DNA of 64,000 nucleotides from Orbicella franksi (Eukaryota): NCBI GenBank assembly GCA_964199315.1, contig OZ116701.1, positions 14,508,001 to 14,572,000 of the forward strand, read 5' to 3'. Shown piece by piece: positions 61,309 to 64,000 of this stretch (position 1 is its first letter; each line of letters starts with the position of its first letter). The notes under the pieces were generated by a model. It saw only the letters and a program-made list of their open reading frames with translations, ran no database searches and was not told where the DNA came from. The position numbers and the translations under genes were made by a program.

Positions 61309-61520
61309 TGTGGTGGTTCGGGCGCAAGTAGACCAAAAGAGCTTATACAATAACAACAACAAGATTTATTTCTGCTCCTATTTCTCCGACCACATGCTTC
61401 GGTTAACCACATCCCATAATAGACCAGTGATCATGTGACTGACACGTCACAACAGAAACACTACACAAGGGAGTTGCACATAAGTCAATTTCAACAACAA
61501 AATGTACTTGGACAGTCACA
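61309..61520 (-). repeat. 5' LTR (212 bp)
   Basis: TGTGACTGTCC...CCACCACA followed by the PBS after 2 nt. Confidence 0.8.
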
Positions 61521-61699
61521 GCCAGTGTCCTAAACTTACAGAGAGTTGGCAAAAATGAAGTACTTTTGAATAGCTTCATGATAGCTGTTGAGAATTCTAG
61601 GTGTTTATGACACATTATGATCTCCCAGTACAAATTGTTGCAAAAAGAAGTAAGTATTACGTAATGGCTGGGGATACTCCAAGTGATATACATAAAAGA

Positions 61700-63950
61700 A
61701 TGCCAATAGCTGAACTATGGCATGTCCAAATGAATCTTCGCCTTCAGATATGTTGCAGTACTTTTGTTCTCCAACTATGACAGTGTAGGCCTCATGACAG
61801 TCACCAGCTTCTCCAGAATAAACCAGAAGATAAGGATCGTGTGGAGAGAGATTTGGTGGAGTTTCCTATAATTATGAGACAAAGAAGAATATGAAAAAGA
61901 AGAAAAATTATCTGTAAGGATGTACATCAATTATATTTTCCTCCTAGACCTGAATATATGTTTACATGTATGCCAGTTGCATGAAAATGACTTTCCTTGA
62001 ATGCGAACATGTTAACTCACAAACATGGATGCAGATCACAATCACAGCTATAATTATAGACTAACTGTGTCCTGCAGATGTTCATGGAAATACATGGTGC
62101 TCTTGCTGAAGGGTCAGGCACCCCAGCTGATTTAATAGTTGGAAGACTTTGTATGAGTTCCCCATGATTCTTTTAAGGGCACAGCACTCTATACATTTAA
62201 GAATTTAGATTTTAGAACCTTATTGTGTACCCACCTCATCAGATGACATTACAGCAAAGACACCTTCATTCTTGCCTTCCTTCTTGTTGTGCACCTTTGT
62301 TAAGAATAATTGTGGCATGGTCTTTAACAGTACAGCACCTGATGGTGTAGAAGAAGAGAATATGAACACAATCAATTAACCCTGTCCTGTTAACTTCAAA
62401 TAGACTGGGCTGAGCTCACATGTTGGATCAGAGATAATGGTAAACCAGTAAACATAAAAGGAAATGCCAACATGACAGTACTTATATCATTACAGCAGAC
62501 AAAGTTACTTTGGAAGAAACCTCTTCAAAGTTTGTTTGCATACCAGTGATTTCATCCTTCCTCAATGAAAATTGCTGTGAGATGAACTCCTGTAACTTCT
62601 CATGCGGGGTTTTCCATGCCGTCAGTAACATCTCTACACCATTGCACTTCATGTTCTTTTTGAATTTAAGTATCCTTAACAATTCTTCCTCAAGCTGAAA
62701 TCCACAAGATTACCCACGATCAGGATCTAATTGCACCATTCTTAAACCAAGTGTTTCACGCATGTAAGAGTTAAACGTCAAGTATGTGTAGTCTTCCCCT
62801 GCTAAATCATTGAAGTTACAAGGTCTCGTACAGACATAACTTTCATTTACTGTTTATAGCAGGCGCAAAACAACCATTTCTGTGCAGTTTAACAATTATT
62901 TAAGTACCTCATTGCCATTACTAAGTATGTGATATTTTGCTAGTGTGTCTATCATCCTTGTTCGTACATCAATCTTAGTTATAAAGCTTCTCCGGGCTGA
63001 AAATTCTGCCTCCATGAGTTCTTTTATCACTTCTTCATCAGGTGAACTTTTTCTCAGCTCTTCTTGGAGTCTTTTACTGTGTCTTGATAGTGACACCTGG
63101 TCATCAACAGCTCCCTGTGCTGGTGTTGCTATGAAATGTACAAAGACAATCAGATTAGACTTGAATGTGGAGGAAGCAAAAACAGTCAGGTTACAAAAAG
63201 GAAGCATCTCTATAGTAATATACCTTGGTCACTATCTGATTTCAACCTTTTAATTTGCATCAAACTGCAGGTACTTGTTGAGGATCTTCGTTTTTCCTGG
63301 TATCTTTTGTTTTCCAGGGCTCTTCTAATTTTCTCTACTAAGAGACCCTAAAATGCAATGAAAATAGCAAACTTAATAGTTTGAAGTTACATTTTCCATA
63401 AAGGTCGACAATTTTGAGTTCTAAAAGTAACCTCATAATAATTGTGAGGTAGAAAAAAGATAATTTTATTCGTAAATAATTATCCAACATCATTTTAAAA
63501 AGTCTGGATCTAAAGACTTGTATTGTTTATTGAACCAACATGTAAAAATGCTTGGAATGCCCAACCCACTCATTGAAAGGTTTACTGTTCCAAGGTTTCT
63601 CTCCAGGCATGAATTGTAATGGGTTAGTTTGCTGCAAGCAGGGATATTTGAGACGATATACAGTGTAACACACCCTTTCAACAATCATTTCTCTTATGAA
63701 AAGAAAAAGAATCATTAATTCCTTGCAAGCATGGAGTATAACTTCATTCTTTCATATTTATCATTTCAAACACTGTTTTGCTACTCACCCATTCTTTGAA
63801 AGGCATGCCAACAGCTGCTTGATTACTTTGCTTCAAGGTTTTTATGGGGTTAACTTGTTTGAGCCCTGGGAATTTCACGCAATAACTCCAAGCCACCCAC
63901 TCAACAGTCTTCATACTTGGTCTTGGGTTTTCTGCCCCAATGTGCTCAGT
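61700..63950 (-). pseudogene. Degenerate multi-exon ORF of the type common in DNA-transposon accessory genes (family uncertain)
   Basis: Fragments KFPGLKQ..VGMPFKEW and DDQVSLSRHSKRLQEELRKSSPDEEVIKELMEAEFSARRSFI..LAKYHIL; many stops. Confidence 0.35.
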
Positions 63951-64000
63951 GACCTGTCTGACAATTTTTCTAACAATGTCACATGGAACTGATCCTGGCT

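Larger units (their letters stand above)
57840..61520 (-). mobile_element. Ty3/Gypsy LTR retrotransposon, decayed and 3'-rearranged
   Basis: 5' LTR 61520-61309 (TGT...ACA), PBS TGGCGACGAGG at 61306-61296, gag-pol remnants, 56-bp LTR fragment at 57895-57840. Confidence 0.9.

Noticed and set aside
61244-61336. N-terminal extension of gag given by the ORF track
   Set aside because: It runs through the PBS and LTR; the likely start is the ATG at 61243 (MAVSLSGLPG).

Overview
Intron-containing, AT-rich animal DNA (probably a cnidarian such as a stony coral; inference) that is mostly mobile DNA around a small gene cluster. (1) Centre: an 18,277-bp Maverick/Polinton insertion (21459-39735) with AGTAGT...ACTACT ends and a perfect 6-bp TSD (GCTGTT). 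It is almost entirely a palindrome: two ~8.19-kb, near-identical inverted arms around a 1.9-kb spacer. Each arm carries a frameshifted, intron-containing protein-primed PolB, an intact putative toxin-like RNase and a RING gene with two alternative paralogous last exons. The spacer holds a 5'-truncated GRF zinc-finger gene and a DnaQ/Maelstrom-like nuclease. No integrase, ATPase, protease or capsid ORF is recognisable. (2) A second, unrelated 5.3-kb pPolB-only Maverick (44734-50051) with 229-bp TIRs that include the polB 3' end, and an empty-site paralog next to it. (3) A Penelope-like retroelement with an inverted 3' duplication and two minimal hammerhead ribozymes (5470-8285). (4) A tandem/inverted cluster of secreted Cys-rich genes resembling the biomphalysin small lobe without the aerolysin domain: one intact copy (13381-14082) and three pseudogenes. 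(5) A decayed Ty3/Gypsy element (57840-61520), plus MITEs, SINE remnants and a decayed transposon-type ORF. All family assignments come from manual motif recognition; no database searches were run.
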